A stretch of 64,000 nt of DNA, from the NCBI GenBank assembly GCA_963845185.1, contig CAWJRG010000001.1, forward strand, positions 32,001 to 96,000, in the 5' to 3' direction. A program made the translations under genes and the position numbers. Source of the stretch: an uncultured bacterium. GTDB taxonomy: Bacteria; Oederibacteriota; PGYV01; CAWJRG01. The notes beneath the pieces were generated by a model. The model searched no databases and was not told where the DNA came from. It saw only the letters and a list, made by a program, of their open reading frames with translations. Shown one piece after another: positions 31,582 through 40,326 of this stretch (positions are counted from its first letter, which is position 1; the number at the start of each line of letters is the position of its first letter).

Positions 31582-34500
31582 TTACTGACCCGCTTGAATT
31601 ATCGCTGACATTTTTACTATCTTCCTCACTTTGTTGCCTGTAGTATCCACGCCTTCCACCACGCATATATAAGTCCCGCTCGATACTGTCTGCCCGCTTA
31701 CGCTCTTTAAATCCCAGTTTATGCCGGCCGCGGCAAGATCGCCAATCAGCGTCCTTACAAGCTCCCCTGCTATGTTATATATCTTTATCTTTATTGTCCC
31801 GTTTGCGCCTGCCAGCCATGTGAATTTCAGCTGTGTTTTACCGGTACCTATATAAGGGTTCGGCAAAGTCTTTACAACTCCCAGAACGTCTGCTGTACCT
31901 TTGTTAAATACCGTAATTGACTTGCTGGCTGTCACGCTTATTCCCTGGTTTGTCTTTACCACAAGCTGTATCTCATATACTCCGCTCTCTACATAATCTC
32001 CCTGCGCGTTTTTCCCGTCCCATGTAATATAGCTCACGCCTGAGGTTGTATAAACTATTCCTATAGGCAGCGCTCCATTGCCCACAGCCACCACATTATT
32101 AACCTTTAATTCCATCTGGCCTCCTGTGGGATTCGGCTCTGATATTGTCTGTACAAGCTCTCCCGCGCTGTTGAATATATTCACCTGCACGTACTGGTCT
32201 TCGTTAATCGCGGTTATCTGCTTTGTTATTATATCTGAATGCCCGTACGGGTCTATTGTCGTTTCTTTTATGTAATACACACCGTCCGCCACATTCTGGC
32301 CCGCGCTGTTTGTCCCGTCCCATGTAAAGCTCGCGTACCCGTTTTTCTGCTGGTCAGGCGTCTCCAGGCCCGGCACCTTTATTGTCAGCGGTGTCCCTGA
32401 ACCGGGCGACACCACTGTTGCCTGATTGCCGTTCAGCAGCAGCTGCACCTGCTGCGCCTCCTGCGATGTCGTAGTACTTACTATTGTTTTCACAAGCTCG
32501 CCTGCTTCGTTATACACGCTTATGTTCATTACATACGGGAACGGCACAGGCGTTATAGTTATTGTCACTGTCTGCGTGTTTGTGGATGTGTATGTTATTG
32601 TCGCGCTTAGCGTGTTTGTCGCCGTGTTTGTTGTAGTCAATGTTCTTGTGTTTGTCCACGTCATTGTTGCTGTTATTGTGTCCGTGTATGTGTATGTCTG
32701 CGTAAGTGTGCTGGTATATGTCGGTGTCGACGTTGACGTGTATGTAGGAGTATCCACCGGCGTATCTGTGTATGTCGATGTCAATGTGTATGTGTATGTC
32801 AGTGTAAGCGTGCTGCTTGAAGTAATGCTTACAGTAGGCGTGAACGTAGGCGTGTCTGTCGGCGTATCCGTGTTTGTCGGTGTATCTGTCGGCGTGCTGC
32901 TAGGTGTCGGGCTTACAGTCGGCGTATCCGTCGGCGTATCTATTGGCGAATTCGTATATGTAGGTGTCGCTGTATCTGTCGGTGTCCACGTCGGTGTGTT
33001 TGTATACGTCGATGTCGGCGTACCCGTATCAGTTTCTGTACTTGTGTATGTATATGTCGGCGTATCTGACGGGGTATCAGTTTGCGTATATGTCAGGGTC
33101 GTTGTTTTTGTCACAGTATATGTAGGCGTGAACGTCGCTGACAGTATCACAACCGTGAATGTCATTGTTATCGTGTATGTCGGCGTATCTGTATTTGTAT
33201 ATGTAGGCGTCGACGTGCTTGTGTCAGTCACTGTCTGCGTGTATGTATATGTAGGTGATGTCGTGTTTGTGTACGTTGGTGTTGCCGTCGGTGTATCTGT
33301 CTGCGTGTCTGTCACGGTTATTGTCCTTGTTGCCGTGTATGTTGGCGTATATGTCGCGGACAGTATTACAACCGTGAATGTCATTGTTATAGTGTATGTC
33401 GGCGATACCGTATCCGTATATGTCCCTGTCGCCGTACTTGTGTCTGTTACTGTTTGCGTGTACGTGGATGTAGGCGATGTCGTGTTTGTGTATGTTGGTG
33501 TCGCCGTCGGCGTATCCGACTGCGTATCTGTCACGGTTATTGTCCTTGTTGCCGTGTATGTCGGCGTAAATGTCGCGGACAGTATCACCACCGTGAATGT
33601 CATTGTTATCGTGTATGTAGGCGTTACTGTATTTGTATATGACGCCGTATTCGTGCTTGTGTATGTTACTGTCTGCGTATATGTAGGTGTAGGCGATGTC
33701 GTGTTTGTGTATGTCGGTGTCGTAGTCGGCGTATCTGTCTGCGTATATGTCACGGTTATTGTCCTCGTTGCCGTGTATGTTGGCGTGAACGTAGCCGATA
33801 GTATTACAACCGTGAATGTCATTGTTATCGTGTATGTAGGTGATACCGTATCCGTATATGTCGCAGTATTCGTGCTTGTGTACGTCACTGTCCGCGTGTA
33901 TGTTGGCGTGGGTGACATTGTATCTGTGAATGTCGGCGTTGCCGTCATTGTAACCGTCTGCGTGTCTGTCAGGGTTATTGTATCTGTAGGCGTATTTGTC
34001 CTGGTTATCGTGTATGTTGGCGTATATGTCGCGGATAATATAACGACAGTGAATGTCATTGTTATCGTATATGTCGGCGTCACTGTATTTGTAACTGACG
34101 GCGTATTCGTCATTGTGTCTGTGTATGTGTATGTATATGTCACTGTCCTCGTGTATGTCGGCGTCGGCGACATCGTATCCGTGTATGTAGGCGTCGCTGT
34201 CGGCGTCACTGTCTGCGTATCTGTAAGCGTTATTGTATACGTCGGTGTATTTGTCCTGGTTATCGTAAATGTCGGCGTATATGTCGCGGACAGTATCACT
34301 ACAGTGAATGTCATTGTTATCGTGTATGTCGGCGTTATTGTAGACGTATCAGTAGGCGTTACCGTAACGGTATCCGTATATGTATATGTGTATGTGACTG
34401 TGCGGGTGTATGTCGGCGTCGGTGATGCCGTGTTTGTGAATGTCGGCGTAGGGGTCGGTGTATCAGTCAGAGTGAATGTCGGAGTATATGTCCTGGTAAA

Positions 34501-37323
34501 TGTCACTGATACTGTAATTGTCACTGTTGAAGTATAAGTCGGCGTCGCTGTCACCGTAACAGTATTTGTATATGTGTATGTCACTGTCTGAGTGTATGTA
34601 GGCGTATACGTCCTGGTAAATGTAACTGACACTGTATCTGTCACAGTTAAAGTGTCGGTCGGCGTAGGCGTCACTGTAATTGTATCTGTGTATGTATACG
34701 TCACTGTCCGCGTGTATGTGGGCGTCGGCGATAGCGTGTTTGTGAATGTCGGCGTCGGTGTCGGCGTATCAGTCTGCGTGTATGTCGGCGTATCTGTCCT
34801 TGTGAATGTAACTGACACTGTATTTGTCACTGTTAAAGTAAACGTAGGCGTCGGCGTTATGGTGACGGTATCCGTGTATGTATATGTAACTGTCTGGGTG
34901 TATGTGGCCGTCGGCGTATTTGTCCTTGTAAATGTCGGTGTGGGTGTTGATGTATTTGTATATGTAGGTGTATATGTATTCGTGTATGTCGGCGTCTGCG
35001 TAGGCGTATTTGTCCTTGTCGCTGAAGGCGTATAAGTATTTGTATAAGTGTAAGTATATGTGTAAGTGTATGTTACTGTGTTTGTATAAGTATCTGTCGG
35101 CGTCGGGGTCCTTGTAAATGTCGGCGACGGCGTATTTGTATAAGTATACGTGCTTGTCGGCGTATCTGTCCTGGTAAATGTATATGTTGGAGTAAATGTT
35201 GGCGTGGGTGATGCATTTGGGTTAACAGTAGGTGTAGGTGTCATTGTAGGTGTTACAGTGAAAGTCGGGGATACGCACGAAACGCTGAATACCACAGGAT
35301 TTGAAAATTCTGAGACTATGCCTGTCGCGCCTATGCCTCCGACATTTGTAAAAGTCACGGCGCACGCTGATGTTGTTGCCCACCACGTGTATGAGCCGCT
35401 CTGGTCGCTTATATTGCCCATGCTCCAGTTTAGCAAGCCGCCTGTATCTGTCCCGACCGGATTTGAATTTACATAAGTCAACCCTGTCGGTATCGTGTCA
35501 AACAATGTCGCGTTTGCTGCTACTCTTGGGATAAGTGTAGTAAAGTTATTATATGAATCCTGCACACTGCCATCCTGGTCGCCTCCCTGCTCGTTCACGC
35601 CGGGCCTCCAGTCAGTGTATGTAGCGCCTGTACCACAGTTAAAATCAGTAGTAGCCGCGCCAGTGTCTGTCCATGTTATCTGGTATGCTGTCGGCTCAGG
35701 CTGGCCCACTAACCAAATCTTTGACTGGAACACATAATCATTGCCGTTTTGCGTCATCCATGTCTTTGTATGGTACCATGTATTCGCTGTTATTGTCAAA
35801 GTTGTGCCGCCAGTCTGCGCCGGCGAATATATACATGAACCCGATCCTGTACCCAAGCATTTCTGGTATGCTATATAAGCATTTGCCGGAGCCGTATCTA
35901 TTGATAAAAGCAGGTTATAAGTACGCAGGTTCGTATCTGTGTACCCATTTGCCCTTAAAATTATCAGGGCATCCGCGCCCGGGTAATCCCCGGGATTAAT
36001 CATTGCATCTGCTTCAACTATACCTGTGCACATCTGAACATTGGCAGGTGTCGGGTCGTCTAATAGCAATCCCGGATACTGGGCAGCTGCCGAAACACTG
36101 CCTGTCATTATCCTGTCGCCGGTACCACACGGGTCTGATATTGTCCACGTGCCGTTATATGTTCCGCCAAAAGGCAAAAACTTCCATCCCGAAGGCGGCA
36201 AGCCTGAATAAGCCCCTGTTGTAGTATCGTCAAATGACCTGTATGCCTTGAGCTGGTCCCCGTTTACCTGGTAATTGAGATAATATGTTATTGTAATTGA
36301 AGCGCCTGTAGTTTTTATAAAACTTGTCTGGCTCTCTATTTTTTGCACTGATATTGCTGCCTGGCCAACAGTCAGCGTCGCTGATGAACTGGTGTTATTT
36401 GTGTTAGCTGTGCCGTTTGCTGTATTTACCACCTGCGTGCCTGATGCCATTGCCGTGGTCATCCTCAATAGCATCCATACTGTCCCCGATTTTGTATAAG
36501 TTGAGGTTGGGAACGTCCATGTTACTGTGCCTGAAGTAGAACCTACCGCAGGCGAGCTCACTGTTCCTCCTGTTATTGAAGCAGGCCCTACTGACACGAG
36601 CGCCAGGCTGCCTCCGCCTGGTATAGCGTCTGTTATTGTAAGCGGCCCATTGCCGTATGTGTAATCTACGGAAAACAAAACCAGGTCCCCTACATTTTGC
36701 AAAACACCTTCTACCCTTTTATTTAATGCAAGTGAATTCGCGGGCGGCGCAGGTACGGTCCATGATACTACGTTCATTTCACAGCCGGTTAAAGCAGGCC
36801 AGCCTCCCGATGAACCTTCAAGGTCGTACTCTGCCGTACCTACAAGTAAATAAAGCGTGCTTGCGTTTCCGTTGCATGCTGACGCACCCAGGTCGCTTGC
36901 GACCGGCATGGTAAGGTTGTATGTCAATGTGCGTAGTCCGCCGTTGGAACCGCTGCAATCAGTGCAGGTGTCTTCATTATACGCTACATTTGACACTGCT
37001 TCGTACCCAAGTTCACCGCCCTGCCATAGATTCTGGTATGTATTTTTTACATTTACGCCGTTAACGCCTACCAGAAAAATCTGCTTTCCTGAACCTGGGG
37101 TTGATGGTGTATTTTGTGTACTTATTGCGACTCCTATATATGCCCCTCCGCTGTCCTCATCGCATATTTGCATGGTCAAAACAAAAGCCTGTCCCCATCC
37201 TGGGTTTGCAGGAGACATTGAAATAGACTCAACTTTCGGTCCCGCAGCATATAGGAGAGTACCTAATAAGGAAACAAGTGCTGTTAATATAAAAACCTTT
37301 TTTAACATTCTTAAGTTAAACAA
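31582..37323 (-). CDS. Giant Thr-rich secreted protein (1913 aa) with DUF11-like Ig segments and triple FlgD-like C-terminus
   Basis: Signal peptide; Cys-containing head; T-x stalk; three xIY/FNxAGELV...WD units ending in a TLPNPY...GTYI...KIVK domain. Confidence 0.9.
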   Translation of the reverse strand: MFNLRMLKKVFILTALVSLLGTLLYAAGPKVESISMSPANPGWGQAFVLTMQICDEDSGGAYIGVAISTQNTPSTPGSGKQIFLVGVNGVNVKNTYQNLWQGGELGYEAVSNVAYNEDTCTDCSGSNGGLRTLTYNLTMPVASDLGASACNGNASTLYLLVGTAEYDLEGSSGGWPALTGCEMNVVSWTVPAPPANSLALNKRVEGVLQNVGDLVLFSVDYTYGNGPLTITDAIPGGGSLALVSVGPASITGGTVSSPAVGSTSGTVTWTFPTSTYTKSGTVWMLLRMTTAMASGTQVVNTANGTANTNNTSSSATLTVGQAAISVQKIESQTSFIKTTGASITITYYLNYQVNGDQLKAYRSFDDTTTGAYSGLPPSGWKFLPFGGTYNGTWTISDPCGTGDRIMTGSVSAAAQYPGLLLDDPTPANVQMCTGIVEADAMINPGDYPGADALIILRANGYTDTNLRTYNLLLSIDTAPANAYIAYQKCLGTGSGSCIYSPAQTGGTTLTITANTWYHTKTWMTQNGNDYVFQSKIWLVGQPEPTAYQITWTDTGAATTDFNCGTGATYTDWRPGVNEQGGDQDGSVQDSYNNFTTLIPRVAANATLFDTIPTGLTYVNSNPVGTDTGGLLNWSMGNISDQSGSYTWWATTSACAVTFTNVGGIGATGIVSEFSNPVVFSVSCVSPTFTVTPTMTPTPTVNPNASPTPTFTPTYTFTRTDTPTSTYTYTNTPSPTFTRTPTPTDTYTNTVTYTYTYTYTYTNTYTPSATRTNTPTQTPTYTNTYTPTYTNTSTPTPTFTRTNTPTATYTQTVTYTYTDTVTITPTPTFTLTVTNTVSVTFTRTDTPTYTQTDTPTPTPTFTNTLSPTPTYTRTVTYTYTDTITVTPTPTDTLTVTDTVSVTFTRTYTPTYTQTVTYTYTNTVTVTATPTYTSTVTITVSVTFTRTYTPTFTLTDTPTPTPTFTNTASPTPTYTRTVTYTYTYTDTVTVTPTDTSTITPTYTITMTFTVVILSATYTPTFTITRTNTPTYTITLTDTQTVTPTATPTYTDTMSPTPTYTRTVTYTYTYTDTMTNTPSVTNTVTPTYTITMTFTVVILSATYTPTYTITRTNTPTDTITLTDTQTVTMTATPTFTDTMSPTPTYTRTVTYTSTNTATYTDTVSPTYTITMTFTVVILSATFTPTYTATRTITVTYTQTDTPTTTPTYTNTTSPTPTYTQTVTYTSTNTASYTNTVTPTYTITMTFTVVILSATFTPTYTATRTITVTDTQSDTPTATPTYTNTTSPTSTYTQTVTDTSTATGTYTDTVSPTYTITMTFTVVILSATYTPTYTATRTITVTDTQTDTPTATPTYTNTTSPTYTYTQTVTDTSTSTPTYTNTDTPTYTITMTFTVVILSATFTPTYTVTKTTTLTYTQTDTPSDTPTYTYTSTETDTGTPTSTYTNTPTWTPTDTATPTYTNSPIDTPTDTPTVSPTPSSTPTDTPTNTDTPTDTPTFTPTVSITSSSTLTLTYTYTLTSTYTDTPVDTPTYTSTSTPTYTSTLTQTYTYTDTITATMTWTNTRTLTTTNTATNTLSATITYTSTNTQTVTITITPVPFPYVMNISVYNEAGELVKTIVSTTTSQEAQQVQLLLNGNQATVVSPGSGTPLTIKVPGLETPDQQKNGYASFTWDGTNSAGQNVADGVYYIKETTIDPYGHSDIITKQITAINEDQYVQVNIFNSAGELVQTISEPNPTGGQMELKVNNVVAVGNGALPIGIVYTTSGVSYITWDGKNAQGDYVESGVYEIQLVVKTNQGISVTASKSITVFNKGTADVLGVVKTLPNPYIGTGKTQLKFTWLAGANGTIKIKIYNIAGELVRTLIGDLAAAGINWDLKSVSGQTVSSGTYICVVEGVDTTGNKVRKIVKMSAIIQAGQ

Positions 37324-37348
37324 GTATCGTCTCCATTGTTCAATAGAG

Positions 37349-37384
37349 TGTCATTGCGAGAAGCGTAGCGACGAAGCAATCTCG
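37349..37384. repeat. REP-like palindromic element
   Basis: tgtcattgcgagaagcgtagcgacgaagcaatctc resembles a widespread intergenic palindromic repeat; attgc/gcaat stem. Confidence 0.55.
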
Positions 37385-37470
37385 CCTTTAGAGGACCACG
37401 CTCCCTTTAATTGCCCGCAATCACAAAAACATTAGTTTTTCATTAATATTTTAAAGGTTAATACTAAGTT

Positions 37471-37499
37471 TTAGACAACAAAAAAGCGTTTTAGTTTCG
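37471..37499 (-). promoter_or_regulatory. ECF-sigma-type promoter CGAAAC-N17-GTCTAA
   Basis: Same boxes and spacing recur at 45607-45635. Confidence 0.7.
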
Positions 37500-37758
37500 G
37501 TGTATTTTTATCTATTTTTTACTATATTTTATTGGCTAGTGGAGCTACTTTAAAAACCACCGGAGGTTTATCATAAGCTCCCTCCGGAAAGATATAATTC
37601 AATCCCCCAAACCCGGTTGGGGGATTGCTTTCTGGATTTATAGCACATTTTATGCATTTTATCAATTATAAAAGTAATCTTTTGTTTGTTTTATACCTAA
37701 TTTTCGGCTGATTTGTAAATGTTTTGTCCTATAAATCGTCTAAAAAATCAAACCAATT

Positions 37759-40197
37759 TTAATCACCTTGAATTTTCTTGATCATATCATATGCTTGCTT
37801 AAGTCCCAATTCTCCGGCCTTATTTAAATCTTCAATTGCTCCTTGTTTATCTCCTAAATTATTTTTAACAATTCCCCTGTTATAATAAGAAACCGCATAT
37901 CTTTGATTAAGTTCTATTGCTTTATTTAAATCCTTTAATGCGCCCTGCTTATCACCTAAATGATATCTAGCAACTCCGCGGTTACAATAAGTTTCCGCAT
38001 ACTTTGGATCAATCTCAATTGCCCTATTATAGTCTTCAATAGCTTCTTTATAATCACCTGAGCTGTTTTCGGCATCTCCCGACTGCAGATATTTACCCGC
38101 TTTATTATTATCAGAACTAACTAATTCAAGAACCTTGCTGTCATGGCTGCCATAATTTTTTGCATTTTCAAACATTTCCTTTGCCATTTTCAAATTTCCA
38201 TCCTTAAAATAAACAATCCCAAGTTCCTGATAAGCCTGCCAATAATCATGTTTCAACCCTATAGCCTTATTTAAATATTTTATTTGGTTGTCTTTGTCAT
38301 TTAAATCTTTATAAATATAAGATAATTTATAATAAAAAATAGGTTTATTTTCTTTCATTTCGCCTTCATAAGGAAAAAGCATAGCTTTTTTATAAAGTTT
38401 TAGTGCTCCGGCCGGATTTCCATCATGTAAAAGGTCCTCGCCCTGCAGCATCATGCAATAAAGATAAAATACAACGAGGTCTAAAGTTTGTTTGCTATAT
38501 TCAATGTATTTATCATATAATCCTCGATTATAAGAATAAAGCTCAAATATTTTAGGAGACATTGGTTTATCGTTTTTTAAATATTCCTGCAATAAACCAA
38601 TTTGTTTGAAATTATACCCTTTTAAATTATCCAGGAGTGGTGAATTTGTACTTTTAAATATTTTGATATTATTATTGCTGTAGTAAGTAATAATATTGCT
38701 TAAATTGTACGATGGATCTTTTTCTTTTAGTGGGATATTCCCGTATTTTTTAACAAAATTATCTATTCCCCATTTAAAGAATAAAGGAAATACGGATGCA
38801 AGTTTTACATCTTGTCTTTGTTTTTCAATTATTTGAATATAATAAAGCGGTATAAAATTAAAGTCGTCTTCGCAAAAATATAAACTATCCTTGTCTAAGG
38901 TTTTTAAAATATTATTACCGAAATCATATGCCTGATAATTATACCTGCTGTTGTTTTTTTTAAAATTTTTGTATCCAATAAATAATATAAATAAAAAAAT
39001 TACGGCCAAAAAAATATATTTAAAAGTTTTTTGTTTAAAAAATCCTAAAATAAAATGCATTCCTGCGGTAAGAAATAACAACAAAATATATTGGAACGGC
39101 ATAAGAAAAATACTGATAACCCATAGCAACCTTTCTTCGCTGTGGTTGTAGAAAACGACTGCAAAAATGATTATTAGAACTGCACTTAAATAAAAATAAA
39201 AAAGGTTTTTACTCTTTTTATTTATTGTATAACCGCCTGCAAACATTAAAATCCAAAGAATAGAATAATTGTTGAATAAAAGCGTAAAAAATTCTTTTAT
39301 TTGGTTTTCATATAGCTGTAAAGTTGGAGGCGTAGGATTACCATACGCAGTTCTTAATACTGTCCACCAAAAATATTCCCACGTGTTTGGTCTTGCCATA
39401 AAAACAAAAATGCCGTCTGTGCCGGCTCTTACAGGCAGGTAAAGATACGGGCTTAAACCGGCAAGCAGAAGCAAAATTATTGTAATAGTGTTTTTCTGAT
39501 TTATTTTTTGTCTGTATATAAAGAATATATATCCAAAAACCGGCAAAAGTATTATCATGCTGGGCCAGTGATTGCAAAGTGAAAGCCCGTAAATAAACGA
39601 CATAAGATAAAGATATTTAATAGCGGAGCTACCCGCTTTCATAGGCTCCTCAATATGCTCCCTCCCCGAAGCACTATCAATCCCAGCCTCTACAGCAGGC
39701 TGGGATTTTCGCGAAGCGGGATTAAACCCTTTAAATAATTTTATGCTTAGATATATCAATATTGCAAGAAACAAAAGATTCAGTATATATATGCCGCCTT
39801 TTGCCTCAATAGCCTGATTCCAGAAAATATAGGAAAAAGCCAGTATGAAAACGCCAAAAAAATCTATTATTTTATTTTCATAATTTAAAATATTAAAAGT
39901 AATTTGTTTGATAATATAATAACTTAATAACAGAACCAATATGGCAAGAAATATGGCAAATGAATTAATCCTGAAAGCTGGCGAGCCAATTGGCAATAAC
40001 GAAAACACTTTTCCAGCCATTGTGAAAAGCGGGTATCCGGGCGGGTGGCTTATTCCGAGGGTATATGCGGATGCTATTGTTTCAGGCGAGTCGTCATTGT
40101 TGAACGCAGGAAACATGGTATAAAGATACAATTGGGATATGGCTATTAAAGAAACCATTAGTATTATAATTTCTTTGTATTTTTTAATCATTTTCAC
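37759..40197 (-). CDS. DUF2723/TMEM260-like membrane glycosyltransferase with C-terminal TPRs
   Basis: DDSPE...LGISHPPGYPLF signature, FWNQAIEA, NHW, YLYLPVR; multiple TM helices; TPR tail. Confidence 0.88.
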   Translation of the reverse strand: MKMIKKYKEIIILMVSLIAISQLYLYTMFPAFNNDDSPETIASAYTLGISHPPGYPLFTMAGKVFSLLPIGSPAFRINSFAIFLAILVLLLSYYIIKQITFNILNYENKIIDFFGVFILAFSYIFWNQAIEAKGGIYILNLLFLAILIYLSIKLFKGFNPASRKSQPAVEAGIDSASGREHIEEPMKAGSSAIKYLYLMSFIYGLSLCNHWPSMIILLPVFGYIFFIYRQKINQKNTITIILLLLAGLSPYLYLPVRAGTDGIFVFMARPNTWEYFWWTVLRTAYGNPTPPTLQLYENQIKEFFTLLFNNYSILWILMFAGGYTINKKSKNLFYFYLSAVLIIIFAVVFYNHSEERLLWVISIFLMPFQYILLLFLTAGMHFILGFFKQKTFKYIFLAVIFLFILFIGYKNFKKNNSRYNYQAYDFGNNILKTLDKDSLYFCEDDFNFIPLYYIQIIEKQRQDVKLASVFPLFFKWGIDNFVKKYGNIPLKEKDPSYNLSNIITYYSNNNIKIFKSTNSPLLDNLKGYNFKQIGLLQEYLKNDKPMSPKIFELYSYNRGLYDKYIEYSKQTLDLVVFYLYCMMLQGEDLLHDGNPAGALKLYKKAMLFPYEGEMKENKPIFYYKLSYIYKDLNDKDNQIKYLNKAIGLKHDYWQAYQELGIVYFKDGNLKMAKEMFENAKNYGSHDSKVLELVSSDNNKAGKYLQSGDAENSSGDYKEAIEDYNRAIEIDPKYAETYCNRGVARYHLGDKQGALKDLNKAIELNQRYAVSYYNRGIVKNNLGDKQGAIEDLNKAGELGLKQAYDMIKKIQGD
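39622..39720. repeat. 99-bp in-frame palindromic insertion inside the DUF2723 gene
   Basis: 33 extra residues relative to the paralog; hairpin aatcccagcct/aggctgggatt. Confidence 0.8.
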
Positions 40198-40280
40198 CCT
40201 TGCAATTGTTTTTTATATTGCTCCCCATTAATTTACCACAAAGAAATATTTTTTCTATCAAAAGTCGTACTTATTTAAAC

Positions 40281-40307
40281 AAAAAAGGCGGCTTTTGCCG
40301 CCTTTTT
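40281..40307. terminator. Intrinsic terminator after the 1723-aa gene
   Basis: aaaaaggcggc-tttt-gccgccttttt. Confidence 0.8.
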
Positions 40308-40326
40308 AACAACTTATTGCCAAATA

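Noticed and set aside
26259..34500. Diversity-generating retroelement TR/VR pair
   Set aside because: No reverse transcriptase is present, and the differences look mostly synonymous rather than adenine-specific.
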